Origin: Candidatus Azophilus sp.
GTDB lineage: Bacteria > Pseudomonadota > Gammaproteobacteria > Pseudomonadales > Azotimanducaceae
Direction of reading: 5' to 3'
Assembly (NCBI GenBank): GCA_965221465.1
Contig: OZ244892.1
Location: 1,577,536-1,641,535, forward strand
Length of the DNA: 64,000 nt
This document shows, one piece after another, positions 47,316 to 56,950 of the stretch. How positions within the stretch are numbered: position 1 is the first letter of the stretch; each line of letters starts with the position of its first letter. The notes under the pieces were generated by a model, which did no database searches, was not told the DNA's origin, and saw only the letters and a list, made by a program, of their open reading frames with translations. The position numbers and the translations under genes were made by a program.

Positions 47316-48536
47316 ATGAGCGCGACAGCGGCCGGCCCCGTACCCGACGTTGCAGGATTCAGCCTCGAATGCCCGCCCGCCGGGTTCGTGTCCGACCCCT
47401 ACCCCTGGTACGCGGCGCTTCGGGAAGGGCGGCCCGTGCATCGCCTGAGCGACGATTCCTGGCTCATCACGCGGCATGCGGATTGCGTTGCCGTCTATCA
47501 GGGCACCGTTTTCAGTTCCGACAAGGGTGATTTTTTCCGACCGAAGTTCGGCGACTCCCCACTCTACGAACACCACACCACCAGCCTGGTGTTCAACGAT
47601 CCCCCGTATCACACACGGGTTCGCGAAACGCTGGTGAACGCCCTGAAACCGAAGAACATCCAGCCCACCGTGGCCGCGCTCGAGCGCTTCGTCAGCGAAC
47701 GCATCGAAGAGCTCCGCGAACGACGCGAGTTCGACGCCATCGAACACTTCGCGGCAGCCGTACCCGTCGAGATCATCTGCACCCTGCTCGGCGTCCCGGA
47801 TTCGGAGCGTGGCCACCTGAGGCGCTGGTCACTGGCCATACTCGGCGCGCTGGAACCCACCATCTCCTCCGCGCAGGCCCGCATCGGCAACGATGCCGTT
47901 CGGGAATTCATGGCTTACCTTCGCGACCTGATCGCCTGGCGCAAGCGCCGCCCGGCTGCGGAGAGCCAGGACGTGCTCGCCTCGCTGATCGAGCAGGCCG
48001 AGGGCGGCGATCTCAGCGAAGCCGAGTTGCTGCACAACTGCATCTTCCTCTTGAACGCCGGCCACGAGACGACCACGAACCTGATCGGCAACGGCATTCA
48101 CATGCTCGCCGAGAACGGCGATGCGCGGCTGCGGCTCAGAACCCGACCCGGCTCGACACGCCTGGCTGTCGAAGAAGTCCTGCGCTACCAGAGCCCGGTA
48201 CAACTCGGCAACCGGCAGGTAACCGCGCCGGTGACCGTTCGCGGCCACGACTTTCACCCCGGAGACCAGATCACCCTGTGCATCGGCGCCGCCAACCGCG
48301 ACCCCCAGGTTTTTGCTAATCCCGACAGGTTCGACATCGCTCGAACCCCGAACCGACACCTCGCCTTCGCGGCAGGCATTCACCAATGCGCTGGCATGTC
48401 CCTCGCCCGCATCGAGGGCCGCATTGCCCTGGGCGGTTTCTTCCGGGCCTTCGATGCACCGGAAATCCGGGTCGAACCGGAATACCATCCCAGGTTGAGG
48501 TTCCGCGGACTGAAAGCGCTGGAGATGCGGGTATGA
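47316..48536 (+). CDS. Cytochrome P450
   Basis: 406 aa. I-helix NAGHETT, EEVLRY (ExxR), heme loop FAAGIHQCAGMSLA. Confidence 0.9.
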   Translation: MSATAAGPVPDVAGFSLECPPAGFVSDPYPWYAALREGRPVHRLSDDSWLITRHADCVAVYQGTVFSSDKGDFFRPKFGDSPLYEHHTTSLVFNDPPYHTRVRETLVNALKPKNIQPTVAALERFVSERIEELRERREFDAIEHFAAAVPVEIICTLLGVPDSERGHLRRWSLAILGALEPTISSAQARIGNDAVREFMAYLRDLIAWRKRRPAAESQDVLASLIEQAEGGDLSEAELLHNCIFLLNAGHETTTNLIGNGIHMLAENGDARLRLRTRPGSTRLAVEEVLRYQSPVQLGNRQVTAPVTVRGHDFHPGDQITLCIGAANRDPQVFANPDRFDIARTPNRHLAFAAGIHQCAGMSLARIEGRIALGGFFRAFDAPEIRVEPEYHPRLRFRGLKALEMRV

Positions 48537-49879
48537 ACAGAGGCTATCTCACCGGGTTCGGCAACGAGCACGAGTCGGAAGCGCTGCCGGATGCCCTTCC
48601 AACAGGCCGCTTCAGCCCCCAGAAGCCCGCCTACGGCCTGTACGCCGAGCAGTTCAGCAGCACCGCCTTCACGGTTCCGCGGGCCACAAACCGGCGCACC
48701 TGGTTCTACCGCATCCGCCCATCCGTGCTGCAAGGCGCTTACGAGCCCATGGAGCACGAGTTGCTGCAATCGGCTCCACTGGAAACCGGCAATCCACCGC
48801 CGGACCCCATGCGCTGGGACCCCCTGGACATTCCTCGAGAGCCCGCCGATTTCATTGACGGCCTGGTTACGCTCGCAGCCAACGGCGACTGCGCCGCCGG
48901 TACGGGCATCGGCATTCACGTCTACCTCGCCAACCGCTCGATGCGCGACCGCTTTCTCTGTAATGCCGACGGCGAGTCGTTGCTTGTGCCGCAACTGGGC
49001 AAGCTGGTCGTGCACACGGAATGCGGTGTGCTGGAGGTCGGTCCGGGCAGTGTCTGCGTGCTGCCCAGGGGCCTGAAATGCCGGATCGACCTGGCCGACG
49101 AAAGAGCCCGGGGTTACGTCTGCGAAAACTACGGCACCCCCTTCGAATTGCCCGAACGGGGCCTCGTCGGCGCCAACGGATTTGCCAACGATCGCGACTT
49201 CGAGTATCCCCAGGCCGCGTTCGAGGACCGCGACGGGTCGTTTCAGTTGATCACCAAGTTCGCGGGCCACCTGTACGCGACTCCACTGGATCACTCACCG
49301 CTCGACGTGGTGGCCTGGACCGGCAACTCCGCGCCCTACCGGTACGATCTCGCCCGTTTCAACGTCATTGGCTCGGTCAGCTTCGACCACCCGGACCCCA
49401 GCATCAATACCGTGCTGACCTCCCCCTCTCCGGGGCAGGGCATCGCCAATGCAGATTTCGTGATCTTCCCGCCGCGCTGGCTGGTCGCCGAGAACACCTT
49501 CCGTCCACCCTGGTACCACCGCAACGTCATGAGCGAATTCATGGGCCTGGTCCGCGGCATCTACGACGGCAAGGCCGAAGGCTTCCTGCCGGGCGGCGCC
49601 AGCCTGCACAACTGCATGACGCCCCACGGCCCGGACGCGGCCACCTTCGAACCGGCGAGCCACGCAAACCTCGAACCCGCCTATCTCGACGACACCCTGG
49701 CCTTCATGTTCGAGTCTTGTCGCATCATCGTGCCAACCCGATTCGCACTGGAAACGCCGGCCAGGCAGCGCGACTACGCCGATTGCTGGCAGGGATTGAA
49801 AAAGCAGTTTACCGGCGCGCCGGAACCAGGAGGCGCAAGCCCGGATATCTCAGGACGGCCTACCGGCGTTTGCGGATGA
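48533..49879 (+). CDS. hmgA: Homogentisate 1,2-dioxygenase
   Basis: 448 aa. N-terminus YLTGFGNEHESEALPDALPTGRFSPQK and family-wide similarity. ATGA overlap with the P450 stop. Confidence 0.9.
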   Translation: MNRGYLTGFGNEHESEALPDALPTGRFSPQKPAYGLYAEQFSSTAFTVPRATNRRTWFYRIRPSVLQGAYEPMEHELLQSAPLETGNPPPDPMRWDPLDIPREPADFIDGLVTLAANGDCAAGTGIGIHVYLANRSMRDRFLCNADGESLLVPQLGKLVVHTECGVLEVGPGSVCVLPRGLKCRIDLADERARGYVCENYGTPFELPERGLVGANGFANDRDFEYPQAAFEDRDGSFQLITKFAGHLYATPLDHSPLDVVAWTGNSAPYRYDLARFNVIGSVSFDHPDPSINTVLTSPSPGQGIANADFVIFPPRWLVAENTFRPPWYHRNVMSEFMGLVRGIYDGKAEGFLPGGASLHNCMTPHGPDAATFEPASHANLEPAYLDDTLAFMFESCRIIVPTRFALETPARQRDYADCWQGLKKQFTGAPEPGGASPDISGRPTGVCG

Positions 49880-49906
49880 ATGCCTCCCGGGCGGGGTCGT
49901 CGGCGA

Positions 49907-50221
49907 TCAATCCCTGCCGCGCCCGGTGCCGCCGCGCGCCATCCCGGCGTTGACCCGCTCGCGCAGGTTCTTGCCGGGCTTGAAATGGGGCACGTACTTG
50001 CCGGACAGGCCGACGGACTCGCCGGTCTTGGGGTTACGGCCGATGCGCGGCGCCCGGTAGTGCAACGAGAAGCTGCCGAAGCCGCGTATCTCGATGCGCC
50101 TGCCCTGGGCGAGCGTCTGGGACATGTGCTCGATCATGGTCTTGATCGCCAGTTCGATATCCCGCACGGGAAGTTGCGCCTGCGCAGCGCCGATCTTTTC
50201 GATTAGCTCCGACTTGGTCAT
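49907..50221 (-). CDS. ihfB: Integration host factor subunit beta
   Basis: 104 aa; [10 protein letters not shown]...[27 protein letters not shown]. Confidence 0.95.
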   Translation of the reverse strand: MTKSELIEKIGAAQAQLPVRDIELAIKTMIEHMSQTLAQGRRIEIRGFGSFSLHYRAPRIGRNPKTGESVGLSGKYVPHFKPGKNLRERVNAGMARGGTGRGRD

Positions 50222-50244
50222 CGCGATTGCAAATCCTGAACCCG

Positions 50245-52014
50245 CTAACTCTCTTCGCCTTCTTCTTTGCTGGCTTTACTGTCTTCTTTTTTGCTGTCTT
50301 CTTTTTTCTTCTTGCGCTTGTCATCCCCGCCATCGCTCTGGCGGCCGGCCATCTGCGCCTTGATCAGGTCACCGAGCGTACTGGAGCCGGCGCGGGAGCC
50401 TTCCTGTCGCCGGTGTTCCTTGACCGCCATGCGCTCTTCGTCGAGTTGTTTGGCCTTGATGGAGAGCCCGATCACCCGGTTCTTGCGATCGATGCTGATG
50501 ATCTTCACCTCGATGTCCTGGCCTTCCGACAACTCCTTGCGCGTGTCTTCCACCCGGTCGAAGCCGATCTCGGAGGCCTTCAGCACGCCGATGACATCGT
50601 CTGCGAGTTGCACCTCGGCCACCTTCGGTTCCAGCGCCGTCACCACCCCCTTGACGATGGAACCGCGCTCGTTGACGGCCACGTAATCGGTGAACGCATC
50701 CTGGTCGAGCTGCTTGATGCCGAGCGAAATCCGCTCCCGGGCCGGGTCGATGGAGAGGATGACCGCCTCGATCTCCTCGCCCTTGCTGTAACGCCGCACG
50801 GCCGTCTCTCCCTGCTCTTTCCAGGATACGTCGGAGAGGTGCACCAGCCCGTCGATATCGCCCTCGAGCCCGATGAACATGCCGAAATCGGTGATCGACT
50901 TGATCGTTCCGGTAACGCGCTCGTTTTTCTTGTGATTGACCGCGAATTCTTCCCACGGATTCGGCCGGCACTGCTTGATGCCAAGGGAAATCCGCCGCCG
51001 GTCCTCGTCGATGTCGAGCACCATCACTTCCACCTGATCGCCTGCGGTAACGACCTTCGAGGGGTGGATGTTCTTGTTGGTCCAGTCCATCTCGGAGACG
51101 TGGACGAGACCTTCCACGCCCTCCTCGATTTCGGCGAAACAGCCGTAGTCGGTGAGATTGGTCACCGTCGACATCACCCGGGAGCCTTCCGGGTAGCGGC
51201 GGGTCAATTCCACCCAGGGATCGTCGCCGAGCTGTTTCATGCCCAGGCTCACCCGGTTCTTTTCGCGGTCGAACTTGAGTATTCGGACCTCGACCTCGTC
51301 GCCGACATTGACCATCTCGCTGGGGTGGCGGATACGCTTCCACGCCATGTCGGTAATGTGCAGCAGCCCGTCCACGCCACCGAGGTCGACGAATGCGCCG
51401 TAGTCGGTGAGGTTCTTGACGATGCCCTGGAGCGTCTGCCCTTCTTCCAGTGAGGCGAGCAGCGCCTCGCGCTCTTCGCTGTTTTCCTGTTCGAGCACGG
51501 CGCGTCGGGAGACCACGACGTTGTTGCGTTTCCGGTCGAGCTTGATGACCTTGAATTCGAGGGGCCTGCCCTCGAGATGCGCTGTTTCGCGCAACGGCCT
51601 GATGTCCACCAGGGAACCCGGCAGAAAGGTGCGGATGTCGCTGATGTCGACGGTGAAGCCGCCCTTGACCTTGCCGTTGATGATGCCCTTGACCACTTCG
51701 TTGTCGGAAAAGGCTTCTTCGAGCATCTGCCAGGATTCGGCTCGGCGCGCCTTCTCGCGAGACAACCGGGTCTCGCCGCTGCCGTCGTCGACGACTTCCA
51801 TCACCACCTTGACCCGGTCGCCGATCGCCAGGGTGAACTCCCCGGCCTCGTTCAGAAACTGGCTCTTGGGGATGCTCCCCTCGGATTTGAGGCCGGCGTG
51901 AACGAGCACCCGCTCGTTGTCCATGTCGACTACCGTCCCGGTGACGACGGCGCCGGGTTCCATTTCTATGGTTTCAAGGCTCTCCTCGAACAGTTCCGCA
52001 AAACTCTCGCTCAT
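50245..52014 (-). CDS. rpsA: 30S ribosomal protein S1 (with a Lys/Glu-rich C-terminal tail)
   Basis: 589 aa. Six S1 domains, N-terminus [13 protein letters not shown]. Confidence 0.95.
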   Translation of the reverse strand: MSESFAELFEESLETIEMEPGAVVTGTVVDMDNERVLVHAGLKSEGSIPKSQFLNEAGEFTLAIGDRVKVVMEVVDDGSGETRLSREKARRAESWQMLEEAFSDNEVVKGIINGKVKGGFTVDISDIRTFLPGSLVDIRPLRETAHLEGRPLEFKVIKLDRKRNNVVVSRRAVLEQENSEEREALLASLEEGQTLQGIVKNLTDYGAFVDLGGVDGLLHITDMAWKRIRHPSEMVNVGDEVEVRILKFDREKNRVSLGMKQLGDDPWVELTRRYPEGSRVMSTVTNLTDYGCFAEIEEGVEGLVHVSEMDWTNKNIHPSKVVTAGDQVEVMVLDIDEDRRRISLGIKQCRPNPWEEFAVNHKKNERVTGTIKSITDFGMFIGLEGDIDGLVHLSDVSWKEQGETAVRRYSKGEEIEAVILSIDPARERISLGIKQLDQDAFTDYVAVNERGSIVKGVVTALEPKVAEVQLADDVIGVLKASEIGFDRVEDTRKELSEGQDIEVKIISIDRKNRVIGLSIKAKQLDEERMAVKEHRRQEGSRAGSSTLGDLIKAQMAGRQSDGGDDKRKKKKEDSKKEDSKASKEEGEES

Positions 52015-52130
52015 TTATCGGTCGATCTCCTGTCGCTCGGTACTGCCGGCGCCGGCATGGCGGCCACCTGGCGACATCCGTGGTTGATTGGGCTCAATAC
52101 GCCCGTTGGTTGCTGTCATGCGCACCGCTG

Positions 52131-52817
52131 TCAGGCCGCCAACCCGCGCTCCTGCGCAAGCGTCAAGGCCCGCGCCAGCACATCTTCCAGGCTCATTGCC
52201 GTGCTGTCGATGACAATGGCGTCACCGGCGGGTCGCAACGGTGAAGCGGCACGCCCCCTGTCTCGCGCATCCCGTTCCCGAACGCCCGCGAGAAGGTCGC
52301 GAACCCTAACATTCAAGCCCTTGTTTCTCAATTGTTTATTGCGTCGATTCGCGCGAACTTCGGGGCTTGCGTCCAGGAATATCTTCAAATTGGCGTCGGG
52401 GAACACCACGGTGCCCATGTCCCGGCCGTCCGCGACCAGGCCGGGCGGCCGTCGCGCCGCCCGCTGCAGTGCCAGAATGGCGTCACGCAACTCCGGCAAT
52501 GCCGCGATACGCGATGCGGCCGAACCCACCCGTTCGGCGCGGATGTCCTCGCGCAACGTCTTTCCCGCAACGGTCACGCAAGCGTCCTCGACCCGAAGAT
52601 CCAGCGTTCCCGCAAACGACGCAAGCGCCCGCCCGTCTTCCAGGTTCAACCCTCGTTCGAGCGCCGCCGCGGCGACCGTTCGATACAGTGCGCCGCTGTC
52701 GAGCCGGCCCCAGCGCAGCGTATCCGCAAGCAGGCCGGCCAGCGTGCTCTTGCCGGACCCGCCGGGACCGTCCACGCAAATCACCGGAGCAGCCGCCTCG
52801 CCGGCATCAGGCGCCAT
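52131..52817 (-). CDS. cmk: Cytidylate kinase
   Basis: 228 aa. P-loop VDGPGGSGKST. Conserved position between tyrA and rpsA. Confidence 0.9.
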   Translation of the reverse strand: MAPDAGEAAAPVICVDGPGGSGKSTLAGLLADTLRWGRLDSGALYRTVAAAALERGLNLEDGRALASFAGTLDLRVEDACVTVAGKTLREDIRAERVGSAASRIAALPELRDAILALQRAARRPPGLVADGRDMGTVVFPDANLKIFLDASPEVRANRRNKQLRNKGLNVRVRDLLAGVRERDARDRGRAASPLRPAGDAIVIDSTAMSLEDVLARALTLAQERGLAA

Positions 52818-53628
52818 CGAACTCTCGTCTCAAGGCGGCAGCGGGTTCGAGTATGGCGAGCACTGCCTCCGCATCATCGCGCCGAATGGCGGTCTCGAGT
52901 TCCCTCAACTGACGCCGGAATTCCCTGAGCGCCGACGTCAGGGGCCCCTTGTTGAGCCTGAAGATATGCCCCCACATCGCCGGGTTCGATGCTGCAATGC
53001 GAGTGAAATCGCGGAATCCGCCCCCGGCGAGAGACAGCATGTCCGGCTGCAGGCCGTTGACGTAGGCGGACGCCAGCAGGTGCGGCAGATGGCTGGTAAA
53101 CGCCAGTATCCGGTCGTGCTCGGTGACGCCCATGGTGCGCACCTCGGCGCCCACCGCCCGCCACATCACCTGCACCACGCCGGTAGCCGATGCATCCGTT
53201 TCCGGTTCGGGGGTCAGTATTACCGTCTGACCCGCGAACAACTGCGCGTCGGCCTCTTCCGGGCCGCTGCGCTCCGACCCGCAGACCGGATGCGTCGGCA
53301 CATAGCGAGGCGGCACGCTTTCGAGCCGGCGGCGCACCGCCCTGACGATGGGCTGCTTGACGCTGCCTGTATCGAACACCACGCCCGGATGATCGGCGAG
53401 GGCGCACACCCAATGGGCCACCGTCTCGCTCGGCGACGCCAGGAGCACTGCGGTCGCATCGTCCGGCACCCTGTCCACAACCGCGTCCACGATTCCAAGA
53501 CGCTGTGCTTTCCTGGCCTCGACAGCACTGATGTCGAGCCCCACGATCTCGGCGAAGAGGCCGTGCTCTCGAACCGCCTTCGCAAAGGACGCGCCGATAA
53601 AACCGGTGCCGACAACGGCCAGCTTCAC
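52807..53628 (-). CDS. tyrA: Prephenate dehydrogenase
   Basis: 273 aa from GTG 53628 (GTGA overlap with the hisC stop, GGGGAGG upstream). NAD motif VVGTGFIGASFA. The long ORF-track extension to 54333 is rejected. Confidence 0.85.
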   Translation of the reverse strand: MKLAVVGTGFIGASFAKAVREHGLFAEIVGLDISAVEARKAQRLGIVDAVVDRVPDDATAVLLASPSETVAHWVCALADHPGVVFDTGSVKQPIVRAVRRRLESVPPRYVPTHPVCGSERSGPEEADAQLFAGQTVILTPEPETDASATGVVQVMWRAVGAEVRTMGVTEHDRILAFTSHLPHLLASAYVNGLQPDMLSLAGGGFRDFTRIAASNPAMWGHIFRLNKGPLTSALREFRRQLRELETAIRRDDAEAVLAILEPAAALRREFDGA

Positions 53629-54719
53629 AGCACCTCCCCGAGAACATCGAGAAAGCGGCGATTCTCCTCGGGCAGGCCCACGGTCACCCGGACGTGGGTC
53701 GGCAAATCGTACTCGGCCACAGGCCGGACGATGACGCCCCGGGCCAGCATCGCCTGAAAGAGCGGTTGCGGGTCCCGGTCGAGGTCGATGCACACGAAGT
53801 TCCCCACCGACGGGATCGAGGCGAGCCCCAGAGCATCCACGCCGGCGACGAGCTGCGCCATGCCCGACCGGTTGAGCGAACGGCTGGATTCCACGAATTG
53901 CCGGTCCTCCAGCGCGGCTTGCGCGGCCGCGAGCGCCAGGCTGTTGACATTGAACGGCTGGCGAGCACGGTTCATCAAATCGGCTGCAAGGGGCGAACTC
54001 AGGGCGTAGCCGACCCGCAGCGAAGCCAGCCCGTGAATCTTGGAAAAGGTCCGCGTCACGATGAGGTTGGGATAGCGGTCGAGCAACGTGCGGCCGTCGG
54101 GGTATTCCGGTGCATCGACATATTCCAGATAGGCCTCGTCGAGCACGACCCAGACCCGTTCCGGCACGCGGTCGAGCAGGCCGACGAGTTCCTCCCGGTC
54201 GAGCCAGGTTCCCGTGGGATTGTTGGGGTTGGCCAGAAAGACGATGCGGCTGCGGTCGCCGAGCGCATCGACGATGCCGTCGGTATCGGCGCCGTATTCC
54301 CGTGCCGGCACCGTGACCAGCCGGCCCCCGCACGCCGTTACCGCCAGGCGGTAAACGACGAAGCCATGCTGCGACACGATACCCTCGAGGTTCGGTTCGA
54401 GCGCCATTTTCGCGGCCAGTTCGAGCACGTCGTTCGAGCCGTTGCCGAGGGTGATGCGGTTGGGTTCGATGTCGTGTGTGGCTGCAAGCGCCATTTTCAA
54501 CCGATAGCCGCTGCCGTCCGGGTAACGCGACAGTTCGTCGAAGGCCGCCGCGATTCGTTCGCGCACGTTCAGGCCGGGGCCGCGCGGGTTCTCGTTGCTG
54601 GCAAGCTTGACCACCCCGTCGATGCCGTGTTGCCGCGCCACCTCCTCGATGGGTTTGCCGGGATTGTAGGGTTGAAGCCCGGCGATGCCGGGATTGACGG
54701 GGGGATGCGATGCAGACAC
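53625..54719 (-). CDS. hisC: Histidinol-phosphate / aromatic aminotransferase
   Basis: 364 aa from GTG 54719. LQPYNPGKPIEE, KLASNENPRGP motifs. Confidence 0.85.
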   Translation of the reverse strand: MSASHPPVNPGIAGLQPYNPGKPIEEVARQHGIDGVVKLASNENPRGPGLNVRERIAAAFDELSRYPDGSGYRLKMALAATHDIEPNRITLGNGSNDVLELAAKMALEPNLEGIVSQHGFVVYRLAVTACGGRLVTVPAREYGADTDGIVDALGDRSRIVFLANPNNPTGTWLDREELVGLLDRVPERVWVVLDEAYLEYVDAPEYPDGRTLLDRYPNLIVTRTFSKIHGLASLRVGYALSSPLAADLMNRARQPFNVNSLALAAAQAALEDRQFVESSRSLNRSGMAQLVAGVDALGLASIPSVGNFVCIDLDRDPQPLFQAMLARGVIVRPVAEYDLPTHVRVTVGLPEENRRFLDVLGEVL

Positions 54720-54723
54720 GAAA

Positions 54724-55824
54724 TCAGCGCTCCGAGCGCGGATAGGAACCCAGCCGGCGTACCTCCAGTGCGACCTCGCCGACCTCCGCGAGCGCACGCT
54801 GCACGATCTCGTCCGCCTGGTGGCCGTCGAAGTCGATGAAAAAAACGTACGACCAGTCGCCGGACGGAGCCGGCCGGGTTTCGATTCTGCTGAGCGAGAT
54901 GTCATGGCGGTGAAAGGGCTCGAGCACCCGGTAGAGAGCCCCGGGCACGTTCTTCGTGGACACCAGTATGGACGTCTTGTCCCGTCCGCTTGCGCCCACG
55001 TACTGCCTGCCGATGACGAGAAAGCGGGTCTTGTTGTCCCGGCGATCCTGGATGCGCTCGGCGGCGACCCGCAAACCGTAGCGCTTCGCCGCAAGCTCAC
55101 CGGCAACCGCCGCAACTGCCGCATTTTGGGAGACCTGTTGCGCCGCCTCCGCATTGCTGGCGACGGCAAGGCGTTCGACCCCGGGATAGTGCGCATCGAG
55201 CCAGCCGCGGCACTGTGCCAGCGACTGCTCGTGGGACAGGATTCGCTCGATCCGGCCATCGTTCTGCGGATGAACCAGGAACGCGTGATGGATGGGCAAC
55301 TCCACTTCTCCGCAGATGCCGATTACCGGCTGCGTGTCGATGAAGCAGTCGAGCGTATGATTGACCATGCCCTCGGTGGAGTTTTCCACCGGCACCACGC
55401 CGTAGTGCGCCCGTTCGGATTCCACCGCCCGAAACACGTCTTCGATACCCGCCAGGGGCTCGTTCTGCACGAACTGGCCAAACTGCGCGAGCACGGCCAG
55501 TTCGGTATAGGTGCCCGGCGGCCCGAGGTAGGCGACGTTAAGGGGCTGTTCCAGCGACCGGCAACAGGAAACGATTTCACGAAACAGGCGCTCGATGTTC
55601 CGATCCGACAACGGCCCCCGATTGCGTTCCTTCAGGCGGACGAGAATCTCCGCTTCGCGTTCCGGCCGGTAGTAGACCGTCGCTTCGCCATCCTGGTGCG
55701 TCTGCTTGACCTTGCCGACCTCGAGGGCAAGGCTCGCACGTTCGTTCAGCAGCTTTTGCAGGTCGCCGTCGATGGTGTCGATGCGTTCGCGGATGCGCGC
55801 CAGTGCCGCATCATCCGTACTCAT
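54724..55824 (-). CDS. pheA: Bifunctional chorismate mutase / prephenate dehydratase (P-protein)
   Basis: 366 aa. N-terminal chorismate mutase helix bundle, prephenate dehydratase domain, ACT domain with SRIETRP. Confidence 0.9.
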   Translation of the reverse strand: MSTDDAALARIRERIDTIDGDLQKLLNERASLALEVGKVKQTHQDGEATVYYRPEREAEILVRLKERNRGPLSDRNIERLFREIVSCCRSLEQPLNVAYLGPPGTYTELAVLAQFGQFVQNEPLAGIEDVFRAVESERAHYGVVPVENSTEGMVNHTLDCFIDTQPVIGICGEVELPIHHAFLVHPQNDGRIERILSHEQSLAQCRGWLDAHYPGVERLAVASNAEAAQQVSQNAAVAAVAGELAAKRYGLRVAAERIQDRRDNKTRFLVIGRQYVGASGRDKTSILVSTKNVPGALYRVLEPFHRHDISLSRIETRPAPSGDWSYVFFIDFDGHQADEIVQRALAEVGEVALEVRRLGSYPRSER

Positions 55825-56950
55825 GCTGAAACTCTGTCATGAATTCGACCAGCGCAGTCACGGCCGCCTCCGGTACGGCATTGTACAGGCTGGCCCGCAT
55901 GCCACCGACACTGCGGTGGCCCTTCAGGTTGATCAGACCCGCCTCCGTCGCCCGGTGCAGGAACGCTCCGTCGAGCGCCGGGTCGGCCAATGTGAAGGGC
56001 ACGTTCATGATCGATCGGTTTTCCGGTGGAACCGGAGACCGGTAGAAGTCGCCACCGTCGATGCAGGCATAGAGCCTGGCGGCCTTGGCGGCGTTGCGTT
56101 CCGCCATGGCCGCGATGCCGCCCTGTGCCTTGACCCAGCGGAACACCAGGCCGGCGATGTACCAGGCATAGGTCGGCGGCGTGTTGTGCATGCAGCCGGA
56201 GCGGGCATTCGTCTCGTAATCGAGCAGGCTCGGCGTTTCGGGCCGGGCGCGGCCGATCAGGTCGTCGCGCACGATCGCCAGCGCAAGCCCCGCCATCCCG
56301 AGGTTTTTCTGTGCACCGGCGTAGATCAGGCCGAACCGCGAAACGTCGATGGGCCGCGAGAGCAGTTCCGACGACATGTCGGCAACCAGCGGGACGCCTG
56401 CATCGGGAAAGTCATGGAATTGCACACCGCCGATGGTCTCGTTGGAACAGATGTGCAGGTACGCAGCGGAACTGTCGAGGCGCCAGTCGGCACGGGGTGG
56501 TATCCGGTCGAAATTCGTCTCCGCCGAGCTCGCCGCCACATTGACCGCGCCGTACTTGCGCGCCTCGCCGATGGCTTTCTTCGACCAGGAACCGGTTTCG
56601 ATGTAATCGGCCGAGGTCTTCTCGCCGAGCAGATTGAGGGGGACGGCAGCAAACTGCATCGTCGCACCGCCGTGCAGAAACAAAACCCGATAGTTCTCCG
56701 GCACCTCGAGCAGGTCGCGGATATCGCTCTCTGCCCGTTCCGCCAGTTCCATGAAGACGCTGCCCCGATGGCTCATTTCCATGACGGACACGCCGCCGCC
56801 ACGGTAGTCGAGCATCTCGGCCCGGGCCTCTTCGAGGACCTCCTCGGGCAAGGCAGCCGGGCCGGGAGAAAAATTGAAAGGCCTCGCGGAGCGTTCCTGC
56901 CGATTGGTCGCTGCAGCCCGCGAAACACTAGACCTCTGCTGAATCTCCAT
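55811..56950 (-). CDS. serC: Phosphoserine aminotransferase
   Basis: [11 protein letters not shown] near the N-terminus. The start ATG 56950 overlaps the gyrA 3' end; ATG 56959 is an alternative. Confidence 0.85.
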   Translation of the reverse strand: MEIQQRSSVSRAAATNRQERSARPFNFSPGPAALPEEVLEEARAEMLDYRGGGVSVMEMSHRGSVFMELAERAESDIRDLLEVPENYRVLFLHGGATMQFAAVPLNLLGEKTSADYIETGSWSKKAIGEARKYGAVNVAASSAETNFDRIPPRADWRLDSSAAYLHICSNETIGGVQFHDFPDAGVPLVADMSSELLSRPIDVSRFGLIYAGAQKNLGMAGLALAIVRDDLIGRARPETPSLLDYETNARSGCMHNTPPTYAWYIAGLVFRWVKAQGGIAAMAERNAAKAARLYACIDGGDFYRSPVPPENRSIMNVPFTLADPALDGAFLHRATEAGLINLKGHRSVGGMRASLYNAVPEAAVTALVEFMTEFQHEYG

